A stretch of 64,000 bases of DNA from Schizochytrium sp. TIO01 (lineage: Eukaryota; Protista; Bigyra: Labyrinthulomycetes), in NCBI GenBank assembly GCA_004764695.1, contig SMSO01000032.1, positions 6,418,483-6,482,482 of the forward strand. The letters are read 5' to 3'. Both the position numbers and the translations under genes were made by a program. Numbering within the stretch: the first letter of the stretch is position 1; the number at the start of each line of letters is the position of its first letter. The notes beneath the pieces were generated by a model. That model was not told where the DNA came from and ran no database searches. It was given only the letters and a program-made list of their open reading frames with translations. Shown in pieces: positions 23,001-31,651 of this stretch.

Positions 23001-26000
23001 AGATTGTCAAAGTCATCCTGTAAGGGATCAGTGTCATTCTGGAAAAGAAATGAGTTCATGTTGATAGACGATGACCCAGCTGTAAGTACGCGAACTTGCT
23101 CATGCTCACTATTTAGCTCACCAGCATTAGGTATAGAGACATGCGTTTTTGCTTGCATTGATGAATTAAAGTGATCGTCAAGCGAAGGGGTAGCCATAGA
23201 GGACACAATACTACGAATAAGGAATCCTCGAGCGCAAGCCTGGATACATTTTGCGCTTGCCTCACGCTTCGCAAGTTGTGTAAACGTCATTCTTTTTTCT
23301 TCTTCTTTGATCTCTTGCAGTTTTGCTTGGTTGAATGACATGCGGCGTTTCATTTCAAAAGCTTGCTGCTCTTCCAAAGAAATGGAAGCTCTGAATGATC
23401 TTCTGGTAGCCATTATTTCTGAACTAGAAAGGGTAGCACCACGGGAAATGGGACGCTCTAGATCATACTTCAGGGCAGCTTCCTCCGCTTCGATAGCCTC
23501 TTGGAGACTACGCATCTCCTCGGCGGAGACGCCCGCTTGACTTGCACGACGCTTTAAATTTCGAATGCTTTGTCGACGTTTATCAATTTGAGTATTACTT
23601 GCACGACGCTGGTCATCTAGAGAAAGAGACTGTGGTGTCTGAGTTTCAGGTGGAGACATTATTTTGTCGAACAGTGAAGGAGAACCAGGACCATCCGGGG
23701 ATACAAGAATGCTGCCTCGTGGCCCACCAAGGCCATCAACCCCAGGAATGTTAAGGGTCATGCTCATCCTACCTGACCCTTTTGCGGATGCTGCTGCTGC
23801 GGCAGCAGCAGCGGCTGCATCCAAGGCTTTTTGTTCCTCTTTCGTCAATTGGCCTGGACGAGGGACCTCATTATTAAAGAGCTCTTGGTCATCAGGATGA
23901 CCTTCTTCTCCAGCCTCCCAGACAGGCGGTTCATCGTTTGGGTCAGACAAAGAACTTTCGCAGGAGATAGTGTCATCATCGCTGTCTCCAAGATCATAGG
24001 CGCTCCCAGTGGGACTTATAGGAGAACGGTTACTGCCACTGGCCAATTGTAAAGCCTCCAGTGTTTTCCTGCGTTCACGTTTAGCCTTTTGTACAAATAC
24101 TGAGCGCTTACCACGACGTCCAAAATCGTTGCGCTGCATATGCAAAGGATCAACCTGATCTCTCTTTTGCACTCGACGGGGAAGCAAAGAAGCATCGAGG
24201 GCAAGATCTGGTGCAGACATGTATCGAGATCTTCTTCTTGAAATCCAATGAGTTCCTGAAAAGTCATCAAGTACCTCTGTCATGGACATACCTGAACTCC
24301 CAATTGTTTGTTCCCTCTGTAAAAGTTTGTTATGATCGTAGCTGTCTCCAGTAAGGATTGTTGTGAATGTTGATAGCATGCGTAGAGGTCGTGGTTTCAA
24401 GATAAGAACCTCTTGTGGATCAGGGAATTTGATATCGTGAATTGCAGTCCCTAACTGTTCTGAGATTGGCGAGATGGGTGATGCTGAACTCATTTCACTT
24501 GGAGACATTGGGTCAGACAACGAAAATCGAGGAGAGGAGGCACGTCGTGGTGCGAAAGTTGCCCAACTATCGTAGCAGTTAGCTAAAAAGTCAAGGATCT
24601 GTGATTGCGTCATGTGAGGTCTAATTTTAGCAGCCTCGCACAAATCATCACGAAGTTTGTTTGCATCCTTGAGCTTTCGTTGCAGCGGTACTACTGTGTG
24701 AAGAGCTTTAAGTAGAAGCTCCGTGGGTGGAGGGTCATCTTGGTCATCAACAACCATGTGCGGAACATAGTCTGCACCGTGATTCAGCAAAAATTGCACG
24801 AGATCAGTAAAGAAATTTGAGGTTGTTGGTTTTCTTCTATGGGGGCCCGACAGGACAAAGCAAAGAAGTGTGCGACAAGGAAGCACCTCAGCCGCGTATT
24901 TACGCAATGCATTAAGAAATGATAAAATGCGCTCCGCAACAACTCTACTTATCTTCACTGCAGTTCCAAATCGGCGCAAATGCCACTCCATTACACATCG
25001 GGACATTGAAACTCGACGTCGGCCTTCATCACGGGCATGAGAATCAAGCATAATCTTTTCCATAACAACAGAACGGATACCCCTAAGCACAGAAAGTAAA
25101 GGAATCGAACGCACCTCAAGCTTAGTAAGACGATCAGCTGCGCGCTGTCCGTACTGAGAAACAAATAGATGCATAAAATGCTGCGGTAACTCTTTCAGGT
25201 TGCGTACTGTAGAAGAACCAGCTGACTCGTGCTGGTGAGTATCCACTCGAGCATCCACTTTCCAACGGAGAGGACCAGGACCAGACATTTTGTCTTTGAT
25301 GTATATTATATTTGGATCGTTCTTTTCACCAAGGCTATTATAGGTGATGATCGTTCGAGTTCCACACATGTCAGCATATTTTCGAGCTACATGCGATGCC
25401 CCTGTTCGGTTTTCCTGAAAGTTAAGCTTTCTCTGCGCGATTTGTGGAGCTTCTAAATGGTTGGAGGCTCCAGACGTTTTTTCATCTGCAAACCTTTTCA
25501 AGTTTGCGATGCCGCGAGCTTGAATTGGTTCTAAGAGGATTTCAGCTTCTGGAGAAGTGACAAACTGGTTTGTGAATCTTAGGACTTCCGTAAGGTTGAG
25601 AAAAGGCTTTTGCAGGTCTATCTCATTGCGACGTGCCACAGAAAGAATTGGAGACCATGCAACATCCACCCAGCCTAATGCCGAAAGTACCAGAGGAAGG
25701 TTTTCTGAGTTTATTAGTGTCATCTGCTCATTCGCTGCCCTTTCAATGAATGCGAGCCGCAATACTTCAATCTGAACTTGCACGAGCGAAGGGTACAAAC
25801 TCATATCAACCGTCTGATCTTGATAAGCCTGATGTTTTCGTTCATTGAAGTCTTGTCGAGACAATGGAACAAGCTCTCGGTTTTGTCCGCTAGCTTCAGA
25901 ATTGCTTAATGTTGAGGTCAATTCCAGATCATAGGGCTCCTCAGATATCATTGCACGATTTTGCTCTTCAGCTTGTATTGAAGGCAATACTGAGAGGTTG

Positions 26001-28645
26001 TTTGCACTTACAGTAACAGAGCCATCTTTATCCCAGTATGAAACTAGGGATATAGCCGCCCCAGCAGTTACGACAATCTCGTCGCAAATAGGAGTAAAAC
26101 ATGCCGCTTGAACGGGTGCAGCGAAATTGAGACGCCGGGTCTGGATTAGAGTGGCATGTGGCGAAATGTGCCAGACCATAACACCGTGATCTAAGGACGC
26201 AGAGAGAAGAATTCTGGGGTCTAAAATACCTTGTGAAAGCGTAGTAACACGTTTTGTATGCACGCGTTCTGAATAGGATGCCTGAGAAGGGACAAAGGCA
26301 GTCTTATCAGCATGAGGTAAGGGGAAGATCTGCACATAGCCATTGTCATGTCCAGAAATGAAAAGGCCAAATGCGGGCAGAGGAAGGAGTGCGCTGAGCT
26401 GGGAAGGGAGACCGTGCTCTACTGATTCGCTTTGATTTGCAAGAGAAGAGAGATGGTTTGTTTGAACATGGCCAATCAGCTGGAGATTTGGTAAGCTCCA
26501 AAGTTTCACAAAACTGTCCTGCCCGGCAGATACAATGCATCGTTCAATCAAAAATTCAGCCTCGTGGCATTTAATGCGCTTGGTTGGTTCAACAGGATCC
26601 AAACAAGAAATATGTATGATTGGGCCGGAATGCGCTTTAACAGTTTTGGTCAGAATGGTTTCTTCTACATTCCACATGTGCAAGACACCATCAATATTAC
26701 CTGTAATGAGTGCATGCGCAGAACGTCCACTCAAAGGCTTCAGTTTGCTGCTTTTTGGCGTTTTTGATCGGATCGGTGAAGATAGCTTGCGATGTTTTTT
26801 TGTTAAAGAGTCCAAAAATGGATCTTGAGATTTATCAGATGCTTCAAGTTCATGCCTGAGCAATGAGAGCTCAGCATCTTCATCACAATTCTTACAAATT
26901 TGTGCCTGACTAGAATCTGGCCGAAGTGGTATATATCCTGAGGTGGGACGAATCATCTGCTGTATCTCGTTGACCTTTTGTGCGTGGGGACCAGCAAGTT
27001 GAATTATGTCCATGGCTTGAATTGGACTCAGGCTTTTGTTATCGTACAGTTCAAAACGAAGATCGGTATTTGAATCACGTAGATCAACTTTGCCATCTGA
27101 CCAACCTAGACAGTGCATTGCTAGATCTGCAAACCACCAATAGCACGAAACACGTCCTATCGCGCTCGTTGGGTCTGCCCTTAAACGAGGTATATGATGT
27201 GGTGAGGGTGCAGCACTGGCTTTCAGAGCACGTTGAGCAGTATTACGAGTTTCGAGTTCAAAAAACTGAGTTCGTTTAGGTATGGGGAAAGAAAAAGCAG
27301 TCTTTCCTGATGCAGCGTCGAAGATAGTGATCTTTTCATCACTAGAGTAGGTGCTGATATGGTGTCGATTTGGCTTTACTTTCCAGCGGTCTAAATTTAC
27401 ATCAAAGGATACAGGAGGACTGGGACCTAGAACAGTTTGCGCTTGCAGCACTGTACCTGATGCGCTTGCGAATGGTAGGCATGGTGTTAAGACCTCTAGA
27501 ACGGTAATGAGCTCTCCTGAGATGACCAGAAGAAGTTGTTTAGAGCACATAGCGTCCACCTCTAAACGAACTGGTACTAGACGACTAGTGGTCAGAGTTT
27601 CTAATTTTGTGTTTGCTGCAACTGCCCCAGGGGGAGCCGGTCTCCGAACGTGCTGGTAGCGTCCAACTTCTGCACTGGTCATTGGTCGCCAATGGCGTAC
27701 AATATTGTCCTCGCCACATGTCAACGCCCCCTCGATATCTTCAATTAGACAAAGGTCTCTTACTGCCCCCTTATGACACGAAAATGTGGTCATGTAAAGA
27801 AGCACATGTTTTGTTGATAATGTCTCTGCCTCTGGTTCATAGAAACAATACAAATCAACAGTGCCATCAGAAAATGCAACAAGGAGATGCTGAGCATCAT
27901 TGTCAAAAACAACTTTGGCTAGCTGAGCGCTACTCTCAGCCCGTTCTGAATTTGCTTTCAAACAATCATAGCGGTCAAGAACCCGAACGTCTGTTAGATC
28001 TACTACTACAAGCTTGCCTGTTTGGGTAGCCACCACGCAAATATCTGATTGGGCTACTGCTGTCATATCACATGCGGGGTTGTTTCCTGATTGAGTTTCA
28101 ACGGTCGCACGATGATATATACGGAGCTTATCGTTGTCACTTTCCCTTCGAAAAGACCACACTTTAACACAACCGCGTGTATCACATGTGATAAGCTCTC
28201 CAGTTTCTTCAGAAAAGGAAGCAGCTACAATCGACGCGTCCTCATGGGCTTGGAATTCTAAAGCTGGGGTTAGACCTGCGTGGAATCCCAAAACATAGCC
28301 TGCATAACTTGATGACGCATTTGCTGGATGCCCGCCACAAACAACAAGGTACAACTCCTCACGAGCAAAGAAGAACACTTCACTGAAGATAGCTGGCACT
28401 GTTCCTTCTCCTTTGCTAGGAATTTGAATTCGCTTCAGCTCTCGCTGAAGGGTCCAGAGCCTCATCGTTTTAGCACATGCTGTAAAAACATGATGTCTAC
28501 GCGTATTAAAAGTGCAACAGTGAATCTGCTCTGTATGTCCTGCGAGCTGTCTTAAAAATAGCAGAGATGACCGAGTAAGGGACTGCTGTGTCATCTTCAC
28601 GCGACGACGCTTTCGAGTTGTTGGAGCATGGTCCAGAGACGTCAT
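20033..28645 (-). CDS. Giant WD40-repeat protein (2870 aa) with IQ motif, degenerate EF-hand-like segments and a PPC-like beta domain
   Basis: 8.6-kb intronless ORF. N-terminal ~880 aa carry WD40 repeats (GHTEQIHCC..MRLWT, AHSGPI..SAGQDSFVKLWS, SASLDHGVMVWH). IQ motif AKCIQACARGFLIRS. PPC-like segment YFRFVVP..SDDGDPDLFLS..YIAGVYS. Confidence 0.85.
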   Translation of the reverse strand: MTSLDHAPTTRKRRRVKMTQQSLTRSSLLFLRQLAGHTEQIHCCTFNTRRHHVFTACAKTMRLWTLQRELKRIQIPSKGEGTVPAIFSEVFFFAREELYLVVCGGHPANASSSYAGYVLGFHAGLTPALEFQAHEDASIVAASFSEETGELITCDTRGCVKVWSFRRESDNDKLRIYHRATVETQSGNNPACDMTAVAQSDICVVATQTGKLVVVDLTDVRVLDRYDCLKANSERAESSAQLAKVVFDNDAQHLLVAFSDGTVDLYCFYEPEAETLSTKHVLLYMTTFSCHKGAVRDLCLIEDIEGALTCGEDNIVRHWRPMTSAEVGRYQHVRRPAPPGAVAANTKLETLTTSRLVPVRLEVDAMCSKQLLLVISGELITVLEVLTPCLPFASASGTVLQAQTVLGPSPPVSFDVNLDRWKVKPNRHHISTYSSDEKITIFDAASGKTAFSFPIPKRTQFFELETRNTAQRALKASAAPSPHHIPRLRADPTSAIGRVSCYWWFADLAMHCLGWSDGKVDLRDSNTDLRFELYDNKSLSPIQAMDIIQLAGPHAQKVNEIQQMIRPTSGYIPLRPDSSQAQICKNCDEDAELSLLRHELEASDKSQDPFLDSLTKKHRKLSSPIRSKTPKSSKLKPLSGRSAHALITGNIDGVLHMWNVEETILTKTVKAHSGPIIHISCLDPVEPTKRIKCHEAEFLIERCIVSAGQDSFVKLWSLPNLQLIGHVQTNHLSSLANQSESVEHGLPSQLSALLPLPAFGLFISGHDNGYVQIFPLPHADKTAFVPSQASYSERVHTKRVTTLSQGILDPRILLSASLDHGVMVWHISPHATLIQTRRLNFAAPVQAACFTPICDEIVVTAGAAISLVSYWDKDGSVTVSANNLSVLPSIQAEEQNRAMISEEPYDLELTSTLSNSEASGQNRELVPLSRQDFNERKHQAYQDQTVDMSLYPSLVQVQIEVLRLAFIERAANEQMTLINSENLPLVLSALGWVDVAWSPILSVARRNEIDLQKPFLNLTEVLRFTNQFVTSPEAEILLEPIQARGIANLKRFADEKTSGASNHLEAPQIAQRKLNFQENRTGASHVARKYADMCGTRTIITYNSLGEKNDPNIIYIKDKMSGPGPLRWKVDARVDTHQHESAGSSTVRNLKELPQHFMHLFVSQYGQRAADRLTKLEVRSIPLLSVLRGIRSVVMEKIMLDSHARDEGRRRVSMSRCVMEWHLRRFGTAVKISRVVAERILSFLNALRKYAAEVLPCRTLLCFVLSGPHRRKPTTSNFFTDLVQFLLNHGADYVPHMVVDDQDDPPPTELLLKALHTVVPLQRKLKDANKLRDDLCEAAKIRPHMTQSQILDFLANCYDSWATFAPRRASSPRFSLSDPMSPSEMSSASPISPISEQLGTAIHDIKFPDPQEVLILKPRPLRMLSTFTTILTGDSYDHNKLLQREQTIGSSGMSMTEVLDDFSGTHWISRRRSRYMSAPDLALDASLLPRRVQKRDQVDPLHMQRNDFGRRGKRSVFVQKAKRERRKTLEALQLASGSNRSPISPTGSAYDLGDSDDDTISCESSLSDPNDEPPVWEAGEEGHPDDQELFNNEVPRPGQLTKEEQKALDAAAAAAAAAASAKGSGRMSMTLNIPGVDGLGGPRGSILVSPDGPGSPSLFDKIMSPPETQTPQSLSLDDQRRASNTQIDKRRQSIRNLKRRASQAGVSAEEMRSLQEAIEAEEAALKYDLERPISRGATLSSSEIMATRRSFRASISLEEQQAFEMKRRMSFNQAKLQEIKEEEKRMTFTQLAKREASAKCIQACARGFLIRSIVSSMATPSLDDHFNSSMQAKTHVSIPNAGELNSEHEQVRVLTAGSSSINMNSFLFQNDTDPLQDDFDNLYGLLESPEGEFVSSAAQGQSTSRGLAELAHRDPKAAMQEIKKNQNTLRQSHGDNDAGDKIKGGSRRASRSLFSSTNSKSSSKALTQGKVDGVEDLNDAGDALKQGELSASARNLLGSLGIQGSKRASLVIGPNGTQLVLESGETVPIDPTQAEELFGENVDEGVIEFGTDDDPFGLNMYEGMEASKLSPGGVGSQEAILLLQNQQVEEEEEKTPPPPPEPALNDDMKAILKANRYLPKEHKRSMATEGTKLKTLSNCFGEQIEFDPLTLMKHLSSVPHWTPSENVDNDEDDWKEIDQLDMRRDQNLAQGNLDFLYADDDQTKAQPLPEASDIHGAQGKKWTEFFKEMEALMQPKSEGMKESELDRQERKLKELKRVMKEEGMIDNDVDDDVSASTSQDNVGEVKSPRPFAERTKHFWKQLQSAIKIGSALRTQRKDHFEKALKGEIHIRDITMGEPTHAAVENGKFSYFRFVVPSADSFLTISIQSDDGDPDLFLSNEAVPTIKDHKWRTSAIGNLRIVLPPGSSGYHAGVYIAGVYSLTPSKFSLLAELQNNDYGCEELDHVSSLTRKFNIIAVNPHRQTVEEVNQRLAEEALTEEAELAEQQLAARVAAGKGSVPAHTPENSAPESSQRKEKTSAGKGKHDQLQRRATYPSGNGSLTFKEMQEPGTGAMDDIFTGYENRRDDEFEVKLVEVGRSTVCREQFLAVVGEEEEVEESLFKQRSRLSSNDPEKQDKTLSTFCDNDSDAASISTWGGESLASELVPPKKTRLLKHLLVFPKPVQYDLRNFHGAREQNQRSALLGQLEALEPKARCKAAFRMFKQSHSLSQAIVDGARYDVASEDLVRWLQDMNVDETDSSLSLDYNYFEKVVLDIGTRVIQAKRAKMEEKLGSMRDLDSQLLFPKSKSAVALGVGPRVGLDIAHLPNPKHPDYELPDLAKIFAKNDRELDAAQRRANKRAVNHIRRKRREKILRDKLGDQAVAEMQKMGGW

Positions 28646-29945
28646 GATGCCTGAATAAGTCTAATTTGTTTTTATTTCTAAAACTGCTGACCGTCTATCG
28701 ATAGGGTTGATCTCCACGCCAAGGAGCAGCTTGCTGGAGAAAACGCTCTTTGCTTTTTGCTTTACTAAGAACAAGCTAGTCTGATGAGCTAAACTTCGGG
28801 TGAGCCCTCCGCGTGTCGACTACCCCAGTCGTCACAAGCGAGTGAGAGAGCCTAACCTCAATGGTTTACTCAGCTTGGTAGGTATTTTCACGTAGCGTTC
28901 ACTGTAAATCACAATCGTACGTAGTGCAAGTGGTGTAGTCAATAGGCATAACATTCGCAAGTACGCACCGACGGCGGTCTTAAACGGATTATGAAACTGC
29001 GGCGCACAATAGCGCCGAATTATATATTCATCTTACTACCACATTAACTATCTCTACTTACGCTACCCACTACTATGCTGATCTTACCCCAAACTTCTGG
29101 TGAAAGAACTTTGCTGGTTTGTACTGGAGATTTGCTCCACTTGCAGCGTTTGGAGCTTGCCGGTTCCTCGGCCTCCCCATTTTCTTCTATAACCTCCACT
29201 TCTTATCAAATACCTAAATAAGCATAATATATGATTTATATGAAACAAACACTACGAAATATAAGTTTTCACGGTTTTTTGTTATGCTGTTCTGAAAGGC
29301 TCTTATTATGAAATGATCCTAGTCACGAGGGAGCAGATGCTAGAATTTCAACATCGAGGCTACAATCTCGATTAGAGTCGGCGAAAAATTGCTGGTACTG
29401 TCAAAATTAGTTTCATGAGAATTGTTGGGGTTCTTTGGAAATCTTGGAAGAAAGAAGAAGAATATTTATTCTTTATAGCGTAAAATGTGGACAAGAAGGC
29501 AATACCAACAAGACAGTAAATGATAAGGCTGAACAATCCATTGTGTAGCTTCTAATTGTCTCGTCTCGCCTTGTAACGATCCACCGGGGTGACACTAATA
29601 AAACCTCTGGTGGGCTAGAATGGAACGAAAATATGGGAGATATTAACGAGGATGCTCAGGCTAGAGAACCTTTGCATAAGAAAAAACATGATCGCATGAG
29701 ATAAGGTCAAATGAACATGATCATGAGCTGCGCAGGGAAAAAATGAGTAGAATAGATAGCGAAAATAGCGTCAGCTCGGAAAGGAAGAAAAGAATGCGCG
29801 AGAGTCATGCTGCAAAGATCACCAACGTCAAATAAGTTGCTCGAAAGTCTCAAAACAAGTACCTGAAACTATACGAAGCTTTCGATATCGATGGAACGAA
29901 GAGCGCACGCAAATAGGGGGCTCAACGTTAGGCTTGGATGCGGAA

Positions 29946-31268
29946 TTACTCCTTAAGAACATCAAAGATGGGTTTGTCATCGATTTCTGCCTGGGCAGGG
30001 CCATCTCCGGCGGAGACGGGGACAACGGAACCTCCGAAGCCAAAGCCCTTAATGCCAAAGCCCTGTGCGTGACATTTCTGACAGTATGGAAAGTCGCCGT
30101 GCGATCTCCACTCGCCTTGGCGAAGAACTACAGAACATGTCGCGCAACGAAAGCAGTTTGTGTGATACTCCTTTCCAAGAGCCTTGACTTTATCAGCAAA
30201 CCCAACTATCTTGCCACAGTTTGCACATCGAGATCCGCCACCAAGGTTGGCGAATCTAGAGTTGTATTTGAACTTGGGGGCAGCAGGCTCTGGTGCAGGA
30301 GCAGGAGTAGGTGCCGGCTCCTCAGGAGCAGGTTCGTCTTCAGCAGCAGCCTCTTCAGCAGCTGCCGCTTCATCAGCGGCATCTGCATCCGCAGCGTTAT
30401 CATCATCTTCGCTTGATTTGCCGAATGTGCGCACAGGAACAGGAGGATCATCAGCAGGCTTTCCGAAAAAGTCGTCATCATCATCCTTGTACACATTTTT
30501 CTTCTTAGAAGGTGCATCGTATCCTGGAGAGAAGCCATCAAACTTTTGTGCTATTGTCTCTGCCTTCTCACGAATGCGACGCTGGTCTGCAAGTACACGC
30601 GTGGACATGCGAGCACTGCGTCTCGCTCTGCGCTCTTCATCCATACGTTTGAGGCGTGCAGTCTCAGCTTTGACGCGAGCAAGCTCTTCTTCAGCAACGC
30701 GAGCCCGCTCAGCAGCATCGCGAGCCTCTTGCATAAGACGCTCCTTCTCCTCAGCCTCTTCTTTTTGCTTGGCGAGCTTCCGTTCAAGAGATTTACGCTC
30801 CTTGTTGGCTTGCTTGAGAGCATCTTGGGTCTCCTTGCGTTTGATGCTCCACTTTTTCTTCTCTTCCTTGGCAGCTTCGACGTCTTCGAGCTCAGTGCGC
30901 TCTACGTAAGCTGAAGGGAATGTGCCTTCCTCACCGGAATTAAGGCGGCCAAGCCACCAATCTTCGCTTAGTTCGCGCATGAGCGTGATGAGATCTCCTT
31001 CTGCAAATGCAATGTCACCGTCGTTCACGCCTTCATAGTCAAAGAGCGCTCGGCAAACAGGAAAACTATCTCCGACACTATCGCGAATCTCCACATAGTT
31101 GTATGGGAAATTGCCGACTTTGCCTTGAGAGTCCGCTCCCTTCCACCATCCGCTCTCGTTCATCTCAATCACCAAAATCACATCCCCAGCCTTAAATCGC
31201 AAATGATCATCGCGCAGAGGCTCAAAGTCATAGAGCGCCACGGCAATGGACCCTTCACCGTCAGACAT
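29946..31268 (-). CDS. SH3-SH3-coiled-coil-LIM domain adaptor, 440 aa
   Basis: Two SH3 domains (ALYDF..WWKG..GNFPYNYV; ALFDY..WWLG..GTFPSAYV). C-terminal LIM CANC..HTNCFRCATC..CQKC followed by the CRP-type glycine tail FGIKGFGFGG. Confidence 0.92.
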   Translation of the reverse strand: MSDGEGSIAVALYDFEPLRDDHLRFKAGDVILVIEMNESGWWKGADSQGKVGNFPYNYVEIRDSVGDSFPVCRALFDYEGVNDGDIAFAEGDLITLMRELSEDWWLGRLNSGEEGTFPSAYVERTELEDVEAAKEEKKKWSIKRKETQDALKQANKERKSLERKLAKQKEEAEEKERLMQEARDAAERARVAEEELARVKAETARLKRMDEERRARRSARMSTRVLADQRRIREKAETIAQKFDGFSPGYDAPSKKKNVYKDDDDDFFGKPADDPPVPVRTFGKSSEDDDNAADADAADEAAAAEEAAAEDEPAPEEPAPTPAPAPEPAAPKFKYNSRFANLGGGSRCANCGKIVGFADKVKALGKEYHTNCFRCATCSVVLRQGEWRSHGDFPYCQKCHAQGFGIKGFGFGGSVVPVSAGDGPAQAEIDDKPIFDVLKE

Positions 31269-31629
31269 GATTTCTGATATCTCTCAAGGATCAATCAATC
31301 AGCCAATCGACTAAGCCACCGCGCGGTTCTTTGTATATTTGCTCGAGCCGTATCCTTCTTTCGCCCTGATACCCCTTTCAATGATATCGAGGGTTTGCAC
31401 GTGCTGGTACGTCGTGCTTTTCCAACCCGCTTGAGTCTGATCTCTTCTCACTTGAGATGGACTACACGATCTTCGCAGTCTGCTTCCAGAGAGAGCTTTG
31501 TTACAGCACCAACTGTGCCAAGCTCGATAGCAGGCCAGGTATTGGACGGGGCCCAAATTCCCCTGTTGCAGTAGTACCGACGGCGCTGTAGGCGGAAACT
31601 CCGCAGTCTACAGAGAGGCAGGGAAGGAC

Positions 31630-31651
31630 GTGAGTGAGTGAGTGAGTGAGT
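31630..31651. repeat. (GTGA)5 microsatellite upstream of the SH3-LIM gene
   Basis: Read directly. Confidence 0.85.

Noticed and set aside
30184-30909. 241-aa + strand ORF
   Set aside because: Antisense shadow of the SH3-LIM gene.
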